Assembly: GCA_045632185.1 (NCBI GenBank)
Contig: JAZQWF010000056.1
Coordinates: 28,168-92,167 of the forward strand
Source of the DNA: Eubacteriales bacterium
GTDB lineage: Bacteria; Bacillota; Clostridia; Oscillospirales; CAG-272
Direction: 5' to 3'
DNA length: 64,000 bases
Part shown: positions 35,367 to 45,057 of the stretch, one piece after another
Layout of the letters: each line of letters starts with the position of its first letter
How positions within the stretch are numbered: position 1 is the stretch's first letter
Program-made: the position numbers and the translations under genes
Notes under the pieces: model-generated
Databases searched by the model: none
Told to the model about the DNA's origin: nothing
Seen by the model: only the letters and a program-made list of their open reading frames with translations

Positions 35367-35464
35367 CCGTGAAATCCGCGGATTTTTCCGCAAAGCACTT
35401 GACAAATGAAGGAAAAATTAGTAAAATATACTTTGTGAAATTTTCTATCTCCGGAGGAAGAAAA

Positions 35465-36943
35465 ATGAAATTGGTAAAAACTGAAAAGCTCGAACACAGC
35501 CAGTACGAGCTCCACATCGCTATCGACAAGGAAACCTTTGAGGCGGCCGTAACCAAGGCCTACCAGAAGGATAGCAAGAAAATGACGATCCCCGGCTTCC
35601 GTAAGGGCAAGGCCCCCCGCTCCATCATCGAAAAGATGTACGGCACGGGCGTGTTCTACGAAACCGCTATCAACGATCTCATTCCCGAGAACTACGAGGC
35701 AGCTGTGAAGGAAGCGGGCATCTCTCCCGTGGCACAGCCCGACTTCGACGTTGTTTCTCTTGATGAGAACGGCCTTGTGCTTTCCGCAAAGGTTTTCGTA
35801 AAGCCCGAGGTTAAGATCGCCGACTACTTCGGCATCGCTGCTACCCGCACTGTTGCTCCCGTTACCGACGAGGAGGTTGACGCTGAGATCAACACCGTTC
35901 GTGAGCGCAACTCCCGCGAGGCAGAGGTCCTTGGCCGCGCTGCTGAGCTTGGCGACACCGCTGTGATCGACTACGAGGGCTTCTGCGATGGCGTTGCTTT
36001 CGAGGGCGGCAAGGGCGAGGATTACGCTCTGAAACTTGGCTCCAACACCTTCATTCCCGGCTTCGAGGATCAGATCGTTGGCAAGAAGATCGATGAGGAG
36101 TTCGACGTTAACGTAACCTTCCCCACCGAGTATCACTCTGCTGATCTCGCCGGCAAGGAGGCAGTGTTCAAGTGCAAGCTGCACGCGCTTACCCGCGTAG
36201 AGCTGCCCGAGCTTGACAATGATTTTGCAAAGGACGTGTCCGAATTTGACACGATGGCTGAATATCGCGCTGATTTGAAGGCAAAGATCGAGAAAAGACA
36301 TGCTGACAGCGCTGAGAACGCCGTTAGCGAGCAGCTGATGGACGCTCTTATTGAGAAGATGGAGGCAGATATTCCTACCCCCATGTTCGACGCTGAGGTT
36401 GAGAACTCCCTTCGTGACTACGACTACCGTCTGCGTATGTCCGGTCTGGACCTTGCTACCTACACCAAGTACACCGGTCTTACCCTGGACGCTCTGCGCG
36501 AGCAGTTCCGTCCCCAGGCCGAGCGTCAGGTGAAGGCCCGCCTTGCTCTTGAAAAGATTGCTGAGCTGGAAAAGGTTGAGGTTACCGAGGACGAGATCAA
36601 TGCCGAGTACGATCGCGCAGCTTCCGCTTACAACATGCCTGTTGATCAGGTAAAGGCCGCTCTTCCCGCAGATGCTATCGTTGAGGATCTGAGAGTGAAG
36701 AAGACCGTGGATCTGATCCGCGAGAAGGCAGTTGTGACCGACGCCGCTCCCGAGGCAAAGAAGCCCGCCGCAAAGAAGACCACCGCGGCTAAGAAGACTA
36801 CCACCACCAAGTCTACCACCGCTAAGAGCACTACTGCTAAGAGCACCGCTGCTAAGTCTACTACCGCAAAGTCCACCACTGCAAAGAAGACTACCACGGC
36901 TAAGAAGACCACTGCAAAGAAAACTGAAACGGACGCAGAGTAA
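35465..36943 (+). CDS. tig: trigger factor with an atypical Lys/Thr/Ala-repeat C-terminal tail
   Basis: 492 aa counted from MKLVKTEKLEHSQYEL. It has the ribosome-binding motif GFRKGKAP and an FKBP-type PPIase region (IDYEGFCDGVAFEGGKG). It lies upstream of clpP-clpX. Confidence 0.93.
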   Translation: MKLVKTEKLEHSQYELHIAIDKETFEAAVTKAYQKDSKKMTIPGFRKGKAPRSIIEKMYGTGVFYETAINDLIPENYEAAVKEAGISPVAQPDFDVVSLDENGLVLSAKVFVKPEVKIADYFGIAATRTVAPVTDEEVDAEINTVRERNSREAEVLGRAAELGDTAVIDYEGFCDGVAFEGGKGEDYALKLGSNTFIPGFEDQIVGKKIDEEFDVNVTFPTEYHSADLAGKEAVFKCKLHALTRVELPELDNDFAKDVSEFDTMAEYRADLKAKIEKRHADSAENAVSEQLMDALIEKMEADIPTPMFDAEVENSLRDYDYRLRMSGLDLATYTKYTGLTLDALREQFRPQAERQVKARLALEKIAELEKVEVTEDEINAEYDRAASAYNMPVDQVKAALPADAIVEDLRVKKTVDLIREKAVVTDAAPEAKKPAAKKTTAAKKTTTTKSTTAKSTTAKSTAAKSTTAKSTTAKKTTTAKKTTAKKTETDAE

Positions 36944-37034
36944 TTCTCTCGCTCGTTGAAACCGTAGCCGCAACGAACCCGTTGCGGCTACACGCATCTA
37001 TTGAAAAAACACGAAAAACGGAGGTTTTTATACA

Positions 37035-37643
37035 ATGATGATGGATTTTAACCGCAAAAATGCACTTGTTCCCATGGTTATCGAGCAGACCGGCCACGGC
37101 GAGCGCTCCTTTGACATTTTTTCCCGTCTGCTGAACGATCGCGTGATCTTCCTTTCCGACGAGGTCAATGATGCCACCGCATCTCTTGTGGTTGCCCAGA
37201 TGCTGTATCTGGAAGCACAGGATCCCGATAAGGATATCGCCTTCTATATCAACAGCCCCGGTGGCTCTGTAACCGCAGGCATGGCCATTTACGACACGAT
37301 GAACTACATCAAGTGCGACGTGTCTACCATCTGCATCGGTATGGCGGCTTCGATGGGTGCTTTCCTGCTCTCCTCCGGCACCAAGGGTAAGAGATTTGCC
37401 TTGCCCAACAGCGAAATCATGATCCACCAGCCCTTGGGCGGCGCAAGAGGTCAGGCCTCTGATATCAAGATCCAGGCCGATCTTATTCTGCGCACCCGCG
37501 ATACCTTGAACCGCATTTTGGCCGAGAACACGGGCAATACGGTTGATCAGATCGCCAAGGATACCGACCGCGATAACTTTATGACGGCTGAGCAGGCACT
37601 TGCCTACGGCCTTGTAGATAAGGTTCTTGCACACCGCGCTTAA
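37035..37643 (+). CDS. clpP: ATP-dependent Clp protease proteolytic subunit
   Basis: 202 aa. The catalytic Ser region is [11 protein letters not shown] and the His region is IMIHQPLGG. Confidence 0.97.
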   Translation: MMMDFNRKNALVPMVIEQTGHGERSFDIFSRLLNDRVIFLSDEVNDATASLVVAQMLYLEAQDPDKDIAFYINSPGGSVTAGMAIYDTMNYIKCDVSTICIGMAASMGAFLLSSGTKGKRFALPNSEIMIHQPLGGARGQASDIKIQADLILRTRDTLNRILAENTGNTVDQIAKDTDRDNFMTAEQALAYGLVDKVLAHRA

Positions 37644-37664
37644 ATTTTTCTTTGAGGTAAACGA

Positions 37665-38996
37665 ATGCCGACGAACAACAACAATAAGGGCGAGCGTACC
37701 GCGCGCCATTGCTCCTTTTGCGGAAGAAACGAAAATCAGGCCAATTTCCTGATCCCCTCGCCCACCGGCCTTTATATCTGCGATTATTGCGTAGATGCGT
37801 GCGCAGAGCTGATCGACGACGCGATGGACGAGATGGACGCCACCGCAGAAGCGGGCTTTACGCTGGATACGCTTCCCCGTCCTTCCCAGATCAAGGCCAC
37901 GCTGGACGAATACGTGATCGGCCAAGATGAAGCCAAGATCGCCCTTTCTGTGGCGGTATACAACCACTATAAGCGTATTCTGTATGCCGATCAGAAGCAG
38001 AAAAAGAACGGCAAAGGCAAAAATGCTCCCGTACAGGACGATGATGAGATCGATCTGCAAAAAAGCAACGTGCTTTTGCTTGGCCCCACGGGTGTAGGTA
38101 AGACCTACCTTGCCCAGACGCTGGCAAAGACCTTGCAGGTTCCCTTTGCGATCGCAGACGCCACCACGCTGACCGAGGCGGGCTACGTGGGCGAGGACGT
38201 AGAAAATATCCTGCTGCGCCTGATCCAGGCGGCAGATTTTGATATTGCTCGTGCCGAGCGCGGTATTATCTATATCGACGAGATCGATAAGATCTCCCGC
38301 AAAAGCGAAAATCGCTCCATCACCCGCGACGTTTCCGGCGAGGGCGTGCAGCAAGCGTTGCTCAAAATTCTGGAAGGCACGGTTGCCAACGTTCCCCCGC
38401 AGGGCGGACGCAAGCACCCCAATCAGGAGTTCATTCACATCAACACAAAAAACATTCTTTTCATTTGCGGCGGCGCTTTTGAGGGGCTGGATAAGGTCAT
38501 TGACCGCCGTAAGGGCCAGCAGACCGTTGGTTTTGGCGGCGAGATCAAGAAAAGCGAGGAAAAGAAAAAGGAAGGCATCTTTAAGGATGTGCTTCCCCAC
38601 GATATCGTGAAATATGGCCTGATCCCTGAGCTTGTAGGCCGTGTTCCCGTGATCGTTTCGCTCACCGACCTTGACGAGGACGCACTGGTGCGCATCATTC
38701 GCGAGCCCAAGAGCTCGCTTGTGAAGCAATACACCAAGCTTTTCGAGATGGACGGCGTGAAGCTGACCTTTACCGAGGACGCGATGAAGGCCATCGCCAA
38801 GCTTGCCGTAGAGCGCAAGACGGGTGCAAGAGGTCTGCGTGCCATTATGGAAACGCTGATGCTTTCCACGATGTACGAGGTCCCCGCCCGCAAGGATATT
38901 GCCGAGGTACAGATCACGGCCGGGGCTGTAAACGGCACGGAAAAGCCGAAATATATCCTTCTGCGCGAGCTGGAAAGCGAAGCAGGGGAGGAATAA
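37665..38996 (+). CDS. clpX: ATP-dependent Clp protease ATP-binding subunit ClpX
   Basis: 443 aa. It has an N-terminal C4 zinc finger (CSFCGR...CDYCV), Walker A (GPTGVGKT), Walker B (IIYIDEIDK) and the GYVG pore loop. Confidence 0.97.
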   Translation: MPTNNNNKGERTARHCSFCGRNENQANFLIPSPTGLYICDYCVDACAELIDDAMDEMDATAEAGFTLDTLPRPSQIKATLDEYVIGQDEAKIALSVAVYNHYKRILYADQKQKKNGKGKNAPVQDDDEIDLQKSNVLLLGPTGVGKTYLAQTLAKTLQVPFAIADATTLTEAGYVGEDVENILLRLIQAADFDIARAERGIIYIDEIDKISRKSENRSITRDVSGEGVQQALLKILEGTVANVPPQGGRKHPNQEFIHINTKNILFICGGAFEGLDKVIDRRKGQQTVGFGGEIKKSEEKKKEGIFKDVLPHDIVKYGLIPELVGRVPVIVSLTDLDEDALVRIIREPKSSLVKQYTKLFEMDGVKLTFTEDAMKAIAKLAVERKTGARGLRAIMETLMLSTMYEVPARKDIAEVQITAGAVNGTEKPKYILLRELESEAGEE

Positions 38997-39001
38997 AACG
39001 C

Positions 39002-39029
39002 AAAAAAGCCGACAAATGTCGGCTTTTTT
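39002..39029 (+). terminator. rho-independent terminator after clpX
   Basis: Hairpin AAAAAAGCCGAC-AAAT-GTCGGCTTTTTT. Confidence 0.85.
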
Positions 39030-39109
39030 GCGTTTATCGTTGCTTTTTTCCCCGCTTTGTGCTACAATATATGTAGTTTGATATTTCATTTCCCGAAAGG
39101 ATTTCTGAT

Positions 39110-40153
39110 ATGAGCGAAAAAAAGAAATTCGGCTTTTTTGCAAACGCCAACAGAGCCGATGCCGTAGCGGAAAGCTCCGAGCCCACGCTTGGCTATTTTT
39201 TCAAATTGCTTTGGCGCAAAAGCGGTAGATTGCTCTCCCTCAATCTGATGATGGTGGTGCGCTTTTTGCCTCTGGTTGCCATTTTGCTGATCTATCTGCT
39301 TGGGCAAAAGACCTATACGGTCACAAACCCCGTGTTCACCCCCTTGCTTGGCGTGCATCTGCTGGGCGGAACACAGACGGCAAACGCGTCTAACGTCACG
39401 ACTGCGCTGCTTGGCGTGTTTGGCGGGCAGCAAGAGGCCGCATTCCCCTCTGCCACGGCCATCGGCGTGATGATCGCGCTCCTTGTGTTCACAGTACTGA
39501 CCTGGGGCTGGCAGACGGTTGGCGGTGCCTACAACCTGCGCAGCCTGGTGCGCGGTGACTCCTGCTTTATCTGGTCGGATTATTTCTACGCCATCAAGCG
39601 CAACTTGAAGCAGGGCTTTATTTTCGGCCTGATCGACGTGCTTGCCATCGCGCTGCTGGTCTTTGACTGGTACTATTTCAATACGCTGGCGGGCGCCTCC
39701 TTCGCGTTCAGCATCATGTATTTCGTCATCATCATGCTGCTGATCATCTATGCCTCGATGCGCTTTTATATCTATCCGATGATGATCACCTTCGATCTTC
39801 CCATTCGAAAGCTGATCAAAAACGCCTTCATCTTCTCGATGCTTGGCATCAAGCGCAATTTGTTTGCCATTTTCGGCTTTATCCTTGTGGCGGGCATCAA
39901 CTTTGCGCTGATCTCTCCCGCGCTTTCTATCGGCTTTACCCTGCCCTTGATCCTGCCGCTGTTTTATCTGCCCGCGCTTGGCGGCTTTATATCTATGTAC
40001 GCAGCTTACCCGAATATCCGCCGTTATATGATCGACGGAAAGACCGAGCTCAGCGCCTACACCTTTGAGGAGGACGAGCCCGAGGAGGAAGCCGCAGAAG
40101 AATATGAAGCAGAGGAAGCGGAGCTTACTCCGCCTCCCCAAGAAGCCGACTAA
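39110..40153 (+). CDS. DUF624/YesL-like polytopic membrane protein with an acidic C-terminal tail
   Basis: 347 aa. It has hydrophobic helices and a YesL-like N-terminus (FFKLLWRKSGRLLSLNLMMVVRFLP). I preferred it over the antisense 351-aa ORF, whose composition is R/Q/H/D-rich and unprotein-like. Confidence 0.55.
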   Translation: MSEKKKFGFFANANRADAVAESSEPTLGYFFKLLWRKSGRLLSLNLMMVVRFLPLVAILLIYLLGQKTYTVTNPVFTPLLGVHLLGGTQTANASNVTTALLGVFGGQQEAAFPSATAIGVMIALLVFTVLTWGWQTVGGAYNLRSLVRGDSCFIWSDYFYAIKRNLKQGFIFGLIDVLAIALLVFDWYYFNTLAGASFAFSIMYFVIIMLLIIYASMRFYIYPMMITFDLPIRKLIKNAFIFSMLGIKRNLFAIFGFILVAGINFALISPALSIGFTLPLILPLFYLPALGGFISMYAAYPNIRRYMIDGKTELSAYTFEEDEPEEEAAEEYEAEEAELTPPPQEAD

Positions 40154-40808
40154 CAGTTACAAATTCATAGCCCAACTCTTGCAGCATCGGCAAAATACGC
40201 CGAAGCGCTGCGGGGGTTGGGCTGTTTTTGCCGATAAAATCGTGCATCAGAATGATCGCGCCATCCCTTGCGTTGCTTTTCACGTTTTCGCAGATCTCCC
40301 ACACGGGCGTATGCGCCCAATCCCGCGTGTCAATGCTCCAAAGCACGATCGTCATGCCATTTTGCTCGCAATAGCTTTTTACGTCCTCGCTGCAAACGCC
40401 CTCAGGCGGGCGGAAAAAGCGGATCTCGGTATTTCCAAGCCGCTCCAAGACCTGCTGACAGCTTTCAATATCCGCGCAAAGCTGCTCGCGGGAAAGCTTG
40501 GATACGTGAAAATGATTGTGCGTGTGATTTCCCAGCTCGTGCCCCTCCTCGCGGATACGCTTGATCAGATGCGGATAATTTTCCGCATTGGAGCCGACTG
40601 AAAAAAAGGTGGCACAAACACCGTATTCCTTCAAAATATCCAGTATTTGCGGCGTATAGCGCGGATGAGGCCCATCATCAAAGGTCAGCGCCACACGTGG
40701 CTTTTGAGTACCTCCCGCAAAGCTGTATACGATGCGTGCGGCATGCGTTGGCAAAATCAAGAAGCAAAGTAAAAGGCAGGCCAGAATAACGCTTATGATC
40801 CGCCGCAT
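40125..40808 (-). CDS. polysaccharide deacetylase (NodB homology) family protein
   Basis: 227 aa with a signal peptide. NodB motifs are present (ALTFDDGPHP, HELGNHTHNH, FRPPEG, ILMHD). Confidence 0.85.
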   Translation of the reverse strand: MRRIISVILACLLLCFLILPTHAARIVYSFAGGTQKPRVALTFDDGPHPRYTPQILDILKEYGVCATFFSVGSNAENYPHLIKRIREEGHELGNHTHNHFHVSKLSREQLCADIESCQQVLERLGNTEIRFFRPPEGVCSEDVKSYCEQNGMTIVLWSIDTRDWAHTPVWEICENVKSNARDGAIILMHDFIGKNSPTPAALRRILPMLQELGYEFVTVSRLLGEAE

Positions 40809-41575
40809 AGCTCCTCCAAGGTACCAAAGCGATAGCCCTGCGCCCGTAATTCGTCAATTACGACAGGCAAAACCTCAGCGTTGGTAGCCGACGTGGGGTG
40901 CAACAGGATCACCGCGCCGTTGTGAATGTTATCCATGATACATTGCAGCGCCTTTTGTCGACTTGGCTGGTTGTTGTTGTCCCAATCTGCGTAAGCAAAG
41001 CTCCAAAAAACTGTTTTGTATCCAAGATCCTTTACGCATTGCAGCATATCAAGCGAAAATTTGCCCTCAGGCGGGCGAAAATATTTTGCCATCTCTTCCC
41101 CTGTCAATGCGCTGTAACACGCCTCCAACGTCTGTATTTCCCCCTTGATCCTGTCCTTACTTGCCAGTGAGAGATCCGCGTGCGTGGCTGTATGGTTACA
41201 GACCGTGTGTCCCTCCCGCTGCATACGCCATATCAGATCCGGATTGGCTGTGATCAGGTGCTTCAACACAAAAAATGCGGCGCTTACCTGCTTTTCGCGC
41301 AAAACGTTCAGCACCTTTGCCACGTTGCCGTTCTCATAGCCCGCATCAAAGGTCAGATACACCACCTTATCCCCCTCCTGCGTGCTGTGGGCACGGTCTA
41401 TAAAAAATCCGTTATATTTCTCAACTATGCGAAGATCCTCGCCAAAGATGGGCTGTCTGTGCGCCTTATTTCGCACGGTATACCAGCTGACGGCGCCTGT
41501 GTCGGCGCTGATCTGCAAGACAAGCAAAAGCAGCGTCAAAAGCCATAAAAATACCCCTTGTGCCCCTTTTTTCAT
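40793..41575 (-). CDS. pdaA: polysaccharide deacetylase, PdaA-like (delta-lactam-biosynthetic de-N-acetylase)
   Basis: 260 aa counted from MKKGAQG. The block VVYLTFDAGYENGNVAKVLNVLREKQVSAAFFV...REGHTVCNHTATHADL parallels B. subtilis PdaA as I recall it. Confidence 0.75.
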   Translation of the reverse strand: MKKGAQGVFLWLLTLLLLVLQISADTGAVSWYTVRNKAHRQPIFGEDLRIVEKYNGFFIDRAHSTQEGDKVVYLTFDAGYENGNVAKVLNVLREKQVSAAFFVLKHLITANPDLIWRMQREGHTVCNHTATHADLSLASKDRIKGEIQTLEACYSALTGEEMAKYFRPPEGKFSLDMLQCVKDLGYKTVFWSFAYADWDNNNQPSRQKALQCIMDNIHNGAVILLHPTSATNAEVLPVVIDELRAQGYRFGTLEELCGGS

Positions 41576-41674
41576 CAAATCACTCCCTTCGGCATTTAGT
41601 TTTTGCAAAAAGAAGCGATCTCACCGCCACAATTTCTGTAAAAAAATATCCCGTGCGGCTGCACGGGATATTTT

Positions 41675-42355
41675 TTATTTGGAAAGACGGGATCTTGCCA
41701 CGTAAAACTCGTCAAAATGGCGATCGAGATAGCGCATCATTCTTGCCGCAAAGGTTCGCTTATTCTTGGCAAAAAACAGAGAGATGCGTTCCTGCTCGCC
41801 GGCAAAATTCTTTTTCAAATGATAGATGTAATCCGCCAGCTCACCGTCGCCGCATTCGCTGATCGCGCGGCACAGATAAGTGACGGTCTGCTCACTGGTT
41901 TCGCCAAAGATGGCAAGTGCCTCCTGCGGCTCGCGCGCAGAAAGCAAGGTCAGCATGTGATACATGACCAGCGGACGGAATTGCTCCTCTCCCTCCAACT
42001 GCAAGCGCAAGGGCTTGGGGATCTCTTGCCAGAGCAAGATCTCCTCGCTAAGGAAGGTACGCAGATAGTGAGAGATCGAGTCCTGCACGATATCGATATT
42101 CAGCTCCTCGCGCGGATAATTGCGGCCTCTTCTGCGGTCATACAGGAAATAATGTACCCGCCCCGCATCGCGGCGATTGCCCCAAAACAGCAGGAAACCG
42201 CCGCCAAGAAGGAAGATCACGATCAGTACGATCAAAAAGGCGCGCAGGCCCGTTGAAACGGTCAGTGCGGCAGGAATGAAAAGGAGAAAAGCCGCGAATG
42301 CGCATGAAAAAGCAATCTTTGTCGCATAATTTCTTAAAAAAGAGCTGATTTTCAA
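41675..42355 (-). CDS. hypothetical membrane protein (2 N-terminal TM helices + cytosolic domain)
   Basis: 226 aa with no recognisable motif. It is tightly packed downstream of pcrA. Confidence 0.5.
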   Translation of the reverse strand: MKISSFLRNYATKIAFSCAFAAFLLFIPAALTVSTGLRAFLIVLIVIFLLGGGFLLFWGNRRDAGRVHYFLYDRRRGRNYPREELNIDIVQDSISHYLRTFLSEEILLWQEIPKPLRLQLEGEEQFRPLVMYHMLTLLSAREPQEALAIFGETSEQTVTYLCRAISECGDGELADYIYHLKKNFAGEQERISLFFAKNKRTFAARMMRYLDRHFDEFYVARSRLSK

Positions 42356-42366
42356 AATATCCCTCC

Positions 42367-44772
42367 TCAGATTTTTTGTAATTTAGCGTATGTATGCATC
42401 AGCTTTTTCGTGCCGACGCGGTCAAAAGCGATCTCGTAAAGAACGTCTGCTGCGATCTTTTGTACGGAAAGGATCGTGCCCTCGCCAAAGGTGGCGTGCT
42501 TCACGCGATCCCCTGCCGCAAACACCTCGCGCTTCTGCGCGGGCTGGGCAGCTTGGGCACGGCCGACAGAGCTTCTCTCGGTCGCGGCAAAATTGCCCGG
42601 ACGAGCGCCCGACGCCTTTCCTGCGGCATAGCCGTAGCTCAGCGTTTGACGCTGCGGTGCTGCGGGACGCTCCAACAGCTCCTCGGGGATCTCCTTCAAG
42701 AAGCGGGAGGCGGGGTTATAGCTGGTGCGACCGTAAAGCATACGGTTCTGTGTGTGCAAAATATAAAGAGCTTCCTTTGCGCGTGTGATCGCCACGTATG
42801 CAAGGCGTCTTTCCTCCTCGATCTCGGCCTCCCCTTCCATGATCGTCTGCATACCGGGGAAAACGCCGTCCTCAAAGCCGGGCAGGAACACCTGCGGGAA
42901 CTCCAAGCCCTTCGCGCTGTGAATGGTCATCAGCACCACGGCATCTGCGCTCTCATCATAGCGGTCAACGTCCGCCACAAGCGCGTTGATCTCCAAAAAT
43001 TCAGTCAAGGAGGGCTCCTCGGCCTCCTCCTGGTACTGGATCACACCGGAAATAAATTCTTCCAGGTTGTCAAGGCGGTCGGCCTCTTCCTTGCCCATAT
43101 CGCGGATCATCTGGCGGTAGCCCGTGCGATCCAGCATTTCGTCCACAAAACGGTCCAGCGAGATCTCGTCAAGGCGAGCCGTCAGCGCATTGATCAGCGC
43201 GGTAAATTCCATCAGGGTCTTGGCAGAGCGGGAAAGCGCCACGTAAGAGGCGGCACGCTCCATGACCTCGAACATGCTGCAACCCTCGTAATTGGCGATC
43301 TCCTCTACGGCAGCAAGCGTCTTGTCGCCAAGGCCACGGCGCGGCTCGTTGACGATACGCAAAAGGCGTTCCTTATCATTGTGGTTGTTGATCAGCTGCA
43401 AATATGCCACGGTATCGCGGATTTCCTTGCGATCCGAGAAGCGCGTACCGCCCAGCATGCGGTAAGGCACCGCACTGCGTGCAAACGCGGTTTCCAAGGC
43501 CTGGGACTGTGCATTCGTGCGGAACAGCACGGCAAAATCGCGATAGCATTTCCCCTCGCGCACTTGCTTTTGAATTTCGTCAATAATCGCGCGTGCCTCT
43601 GCGTTCTGGTTTTCGGGATTTAATACGCGGATCTTGCAGCCCTCGCCATGGTCTGTCCAAAGCGTCTTTTTCATCGCCGCATCCTTGCTGTTGTGCGAGA
43701 TCACGGCGTTGGCTGCGTCCAGAATGTTCTGCGTAGAGCGGTAATTCTGCTCCAAGCGCACGATAGTGGCGTCTTTGAACACCTTATGGAAATTACGGAT
43801 ATTTTCAATGGTTGCACCGCGGAAGCGGTAAATGCTCTGATCGTCGTCGCCAACTACCATCAGGTTCTGGCTACCGGCCGAAAGCAGTGCTGTCAGGCGG
43901 AATTGCGCCACGTTGGTATCCTGATACTCGTCCACGGAAATATAACGGAAGCGGCGTTGATACAGATTTCGCACCTCAACATTTTCCTCCAAAAGCTTGA
44001 CCGTGCGGAAGATGATATCGTCGAAATCCAGTGCGTTGGAGGAAGCAAGGCGCTTCTGATATTCCTCGTATACCTTCTGTATCAGATTTTTCGGGAATTC
44101 GTTGCCAAATTCCGCTGCAAAATCCTCCGGAGAGATCAGCTTATCCTTGGCGCGGCTGATGGAGTTCATCACCGTTTTGATGGGAAGCTGTCTTTCGTCG
44201 ATATTCAGGGATTTCAGCACGGCCGAAATGGCCTTTTTGCTGTCGTCCGTATCGTAAACAGTGAAATTTTCCTGCAAGCCCGCTTCTGCGCGGTGACGGC
44301 GCAAAATACGCATGCAGATCGAGTGGAAGGTACCCACCCAAAGATCGTTGGCAACCTCCGGCTCGTCGGGGAAAGCGGCAGTCAAACGCGCCTTCATCTC
44401 CCCTGCCGCCTTATTGGTGAAGGTGATCGCCAGGATACGGTAGGCAGGTGCGGGATCGGCAGAAAACTGCAAAAGAAGCTGTTCCAGCATTTTTTCGCTC
44501 ATCGGCGCCTTCGCCGCCTGCTCCAAGCCCATTACGGTATACTCGTCCAGGTCAAAGGGCACGAAATTGCTGTGGTAAGCGTTACCAAAGCGAATGATGT
44601 AAGCGATACGGCGCACCAGCACCGTGGTTTTGCCGCTTCCTGCTCCGGCAAGGATCAGAAGCGGATCGTGAATATGATAAACGGCCTCGCGCTGGCGTTC
44701 ATTCAGCCCCGCGTAATAGCGGTCGAACAGCGCGCGCTTGGCGGCAAGATAGCGGGTTTGAAGCTGTGACAT
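42367..44772 (-). CDS. pcrA: ATP-dependent DNA helicase PcrA (UvrD family)
   Basis: 801 aa. Walker A is AGAGSGKTT, motif II is ISVDEYQDTN, and the TIHSAKGLEF and VAITRAKE motifs are present. Confidence 0.95.
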   Translation of the reverse strand: MSQLQTRYLAAKRALFDRYYAGLNERQREAVYHIHDPLLILAGAGSGKTTVLVRRIAYIIRFGNAYHSNFVPFDLDEYTVMGLEQAAKAPMSEKMLEQLLLQFSADPAPAYRILAITFTNKAAGEMKARLTAAFPDEPEVANDLWVGTFHSICMRILRRHRAEAGLQENFTVYDTDDSKKAISAVLKSLNIDERQLPIKTVMNSISRAKDKLISPEDFAAEFGNEFPKNLIQKVYEEYQKRLASSNALDFDDIIFRTVKLLEENVEVRNLYQRRFRYISVDEYQDTNVAQFRLTALLSAGSQNLMVVGDDDQSIYRFRGATIENIRNFHKVFKDATIVRLEQNYRSTQNILDAANAVISHNSKDAAMKKTLWTDHGEGCKIRVLNPENQNAEARAIIDEIQKQVREGKCYRDFAVLFRTNAQSQALETAFARSAVPYRMLGGTRFSDRKEIRDTVAYLQLINNHNDKERLLRIVNEPRRGLGDKTLAAVEEIANYEGCSMFEVMERAASYVALSRSAKTLMEFTALINALTARLDEISLDRFVDEMLDRTGYRQMIRDMGKEEADRLDNLEEFISGVIQYQEEAEEPSLTEFLEINALVADVDRYDESADAVVLMTIHSAKGLEFPQVFLPGFEDGVFPGMQTIMEGEAEIEEERRLAYVAITRAKEALYILHTQNRMLYGRTSYNPASRFLKEIPEELLERPAAPQRQTLSYGYAAGKASGARPGNFAATERSSVGRAQAAQPAQKREVFAAGDRVKHATFGEGTILSVQKIAADVLYEIAFDRVGTKKLMHTYAKLQKI

Positions 44773-44824
44773 GGCGTCCTCTCTTAATTTATGCTATATT
44801 TCTACTAAATTTGCAAAATGGGGG

Positions 44825-44857
44825 TGAAAAAGAGCCGGAAATTTTCCGGCCTTTTTT
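44825..44857. terminator. bidirectional hairpin terminator between the micro-ORF and pcrA
   Basis: Hairpin GCCGGAA-ATT-TTCCGGC (44834-44850), flanked by a T-run on the plus strand and an A-run (a T-run on the minus strand). Confidence 0.75.
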
Positions 44858-44985
44858 CAAGAGCGCTTGTTTTGGTTCTGCTCGGGCTTTTTCTGCCCCT
44901 TGCAGTTATTTTTGTTATTTTGCTCGTTTGGCTTGTTGCTTTGCTGATCGTTGCATTGATTTTGATTGCGGTTTTGCTCCTGCAT
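44857..44985 (-). CDS. unannotated 42-aa Gln/Asn-rich small protein (SASP-like impression)
   Basis: This was too short to appear in the ORF track. My hand translation is MQEQNRNQNQCNDQQSNKPNEQNNKNNCKGQKKPEQNQNKRS. An AAAGGAG lies 8 nt upstream of the ATG, and the hairpin terminator follows directly after the stop. Confidence 0.4.
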   Translation of the reverse strand: MQEQNRNQNQCNDQQSNKPNEQNNKNNCKGQKKPEQNQNKRS

Positions 44986-45057
44986 CGCTCATGCTCCTTT
45001 GTGTGTATTTGCGGCCTTGACCGCAACAGAAAGTTTGCACTAAAAGCAGGATTTTAT

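Noticed and set aside
36900-39143. A 747-aa minus-strand ORF antisense to clpP and clpX.
   Set aside because: clpP and clpX are certain on the + strand, so this is a shadow ORF.
39086-40141. A 351-aa minus-strand ORF antisense to the DUF624-like gene.
   Set aside because: Its composition is highly charged (R/D/Q/H/K) with no hydrophobic core or motifs. The + strand product is a coherent polytopic membrane protein.
40125-40153. A 29-bp convergent overlap between the 3' ends of the DUF624-like gene and the deacetylase gene.
   Set aside because: Small convergent overlaps are common. It may also reflect the uncertain acidic tail of the DUF624-like ORF. It is not evidence of anything unusual.
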